Source of the DNA: Candidatus Protoclostridium stercorigallinarum
GTDB taxonomy: Bacteria > Bacillota > Clostridia > Christensenellales > Pumilibacteraceae
DNA length: 60,498 nt
Reading direction: 5' to 3'
Assembly: GCA_019113275.1 (NCBI GenBank)
Contig: DXHS01000069.1
Coordinates: 1-60,498 of the forward strand
Made by a program: the position numbers and the translations under genes. Positions 58,778 through 60,498 of the stretch are shown here, piece after piece (position 1 is the first letter of the stretch; every line of letters starts with the position of its first letter). The notes beneath the pieces were generated by a model, which did not search any database, was not told the DNA's origin, and was given only the letters and a program-made list of their open reading frames with translations.

Positions 58778-60403
58778 TTACTTTGCGTAGTCCACGCTTC
58801 TCAGCTCCCTGATGACGTTGACTTTTATCTGTCCGGGATACTGCATCTCGTTTTCGATCTGCTTCGCTATGTCGCGGGCAAGGAACACCGTAGCTGCGTC
58901 GTCCACCACTTCGGGCTTGACGATGATACGCACTTCCCTGCCTGCCTGTATTGCGAACGACTTCTCCACGCCCGCATGCGAATTTGCGATGCTCTCGAGC
59001 TGCTCGAGCCTCTTGACGTAATTTTCGAGAGACTCTCTGCGGGCACCCGGTCTGGAACCGCTTATCGCGTCCGCGCACTGCACGATGACCGCCTCAATCG
59101 TCTGCGGATCGACATCGTTATGGTGCGCCGCGATGCAATGGATTATATCGTTGTTCTCGCGGTATTTTTTCGCGATATCTACGCCTATCGTTATATGCGT
59201 GCCCTCGGTCTCGTGATCGATGGATTTGCCGATATCGTGGAGCAGTCCCGCGCGCTTGCAAATATTGACGTTGGCGCCGAGTTCGGAAGCCATGTTGCCC
59301 GCAAGCAGTGCGACCTCTATGGAATGTTTGAGCACGTTCTGACCGTAGCTTGTCCTGAACTTGAGCCTGCCGAGAAGCCTGACGAGTTCGGGATTGAGAT
59401 TGAACACACCGGTCTCGAACATCGCGTTTTCGCCCGCGTCCTTGATCTGCGCGTCTATCTCCTTCGTCGCCTTTGCCACGACGTCTTCTATCCTGCCCGG
59501 ATGTATTCTGCCGTCCGAAATGAGTTTCTCGAGAGTCACTCTCGCTATCTCGCGGCGGACGGGATCGAACGCGGAAAGAACGACGGTATCCGGCGTATCG
59601 TCGATGATGAAGTCGACGCCCGTAGCCTGTTCGAGCGCTTTGATGTTGCGCCCTTCGCGGCCGATGATACGTCCCTTCATCTCGTCGCTCGGAAGAGTGA
59701 CGGTGGATACGGTTATCTCGTTGCTCTGGTCTACCGCACAGCGCTGTATCGCAAGGGATACTATCTCACGCGCGCGCTTTTCGCCGTTTTCCTTGGCTTC
59801 CGCCTCTATCTCGCGCACCTGTTTGGCGGCGTCGCGCTTGGCTTCGTCCTCTATCGCTTCGATAAGCTGCGCTTTCGCCTCTTCCTTGCTGAGCTGAGCT
59901 ACTTTTTCCAGCTCCGCGACCATGCGCTCATGCGCTTCGCCTATCTCCTTCTTCTTTTCGCTGAGTTCCTCCTGCTGAGCTGCAAGGTTGTTTTTGAGAG
60001 TCTCCACGTTCTCGAGTTTTGCGTCGAGAGTCGCCTCCTTTTTCTCCAGCATGGACTCCTTTTTGTCCAGCGAAGATTCCCTCTGCTGAAGGCGCTGTTC
60101 GGAACGCTGCAGCTCGGCGTTATGCTCGCGCCTCTCGTTCTCGAACGCGCTGCGTTCCCTCTTTACTTCTTCCTTTCCTTCGGCGACTGCGTCTTTCCTG
60201 AGCTTTTTCGCCTCTACGATGGCCTCTTCGACCATCTTGCTTGCAAGTTGTTTCGATCTATCAATCTTACGTTTAAGTCCAAAATGATATATCGCTAAAA
60301 CTGCCACACATGCTATTAATATTCCAGCTACGATACAACCGAGTACGATCCCGACTATACCGCCAGCAGGAATCTCAACAGCAGACAGTATAACTGCTCC
60401 CAT
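58778..60403 (-). CDS. rny: Ribonuclease Y
   Basis: N-terminal TM helix, coiled coil, KH ([11 protein letters not shown]) and HD (LLHDIGK) domains. AGGAGG RBS. Confidence 0.97.
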   Translation of the reverse strand: MGAVILSAVEIPAGGIVGIVLGCIVAGILIACVAVLAIYHFGLKRKIDRSKQLASKMVEEAIVEAKKLRKDAVAEGKEEVKRERSAFENERREHNAELQRSEQRLQQRESSLDKKESMLEKKEATLDAKLENVETLKNNLAAQQEELSEKKKEIGEAHERMVAELEKVAQLSKEEAKAQLIEAIEDEAKRDAAKQVREIEAEAKENGEKRAREIVSLAIQRCAVDQSNEITVSTVTLPSDEMKGRIIGREGRNIKALEQATGVDFIIDDTPDTVVLSAFDPVRREIARVTLEKLISDGRIHPGRIEDVVAKATKEIDAQIKDAGENAMFETGVFNLNPELVRLLGRLKFRTSYGQNVLKHSIEVALLAGNMASELGANVNICKRAGLLHDIGKSIDHETEGTHITIGVDIAKKYRENNDIIHCIAAHHNDVDPQTIEAVIVQCADAISGSRPGARRESLENYVKRLEQLESIANSHAGVEKSFAIQAGREVRIIVKPEVVDDAATVFLARDIAKQIENEMQYPGQIKVNVIRELRSVDYAK

Positions 60404-60498
60404 TTGATCTGTGTCCTCCTTTCGGTTTAATATAGTAATGCTATCAGAAGCTTAATAACATACAAAATTATAAAACATTGCGGTTCTTTATGCAAGCG

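Overview
This 60.5-kb window looks like chromosomal DNA from a moderately GC-rich, endospore-forming Firmicute of the Clostridia type. The evidence is spoVAC-spoVAD-spoVAE, yunB, a Spo0A-type DNA-binding domain, two T-box leaders and an L20 leader. I call about 56 CDS and one tRNA-Trp. Most of the window is conserved housekeeping synteny: aroG; pheST; mutS2; thrS; infC-rpmI-rplT; proA; argGH; ruvCAB-queA-tgt; nifS-thiI; a class A PBP; miaB-mutS-mutL-miaA; lexA; rnhA-proC; rny. Many units carry near-consensus sigmaA promoters with exact 17-nt spacers. I did not find a CRISPR array, a transposon, or a convincing multi-gene novel system. The stretches that deserve a second look are listed here. 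(1) Bases 870-4063 hold a membrane module: a membrane-tethered XRE regulator built from 17 hydrophobic pentapeptide repeats, and an orphan membrane-anchored PstS-like binding protein, behind a tandem palindromic operator. (2) Bases 4133-7891 hold a stand-alone DUF4011/SF1 helicase fused to a Vsr/DUF559-like nuclease fold (HheA-like defence candidate). (3) Bases 20854-21249 encode a receiver-less Spo0A C-terminal-domain protein. (4) In the lexA neighbourhood (47.9-53.7 kb), a translationally coupled unknown ORF sits next to lexA. The same region holds a divergent small 2-TM protein, a lone tyrosine recombinase and a 0.5-kb structured non-coding spacer. It also holds a DUF45 metallohydrolase and a PadR regulator with a long acidic linker and a C-terminal membrane domain. 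(5) Six genes share a -10 box / 6-7 nt / ATG layout with no Shine-Dalgarno, which predicts leaderless mRNAs. All product calls rest on motifs read from the supplied translations. No database search was run.
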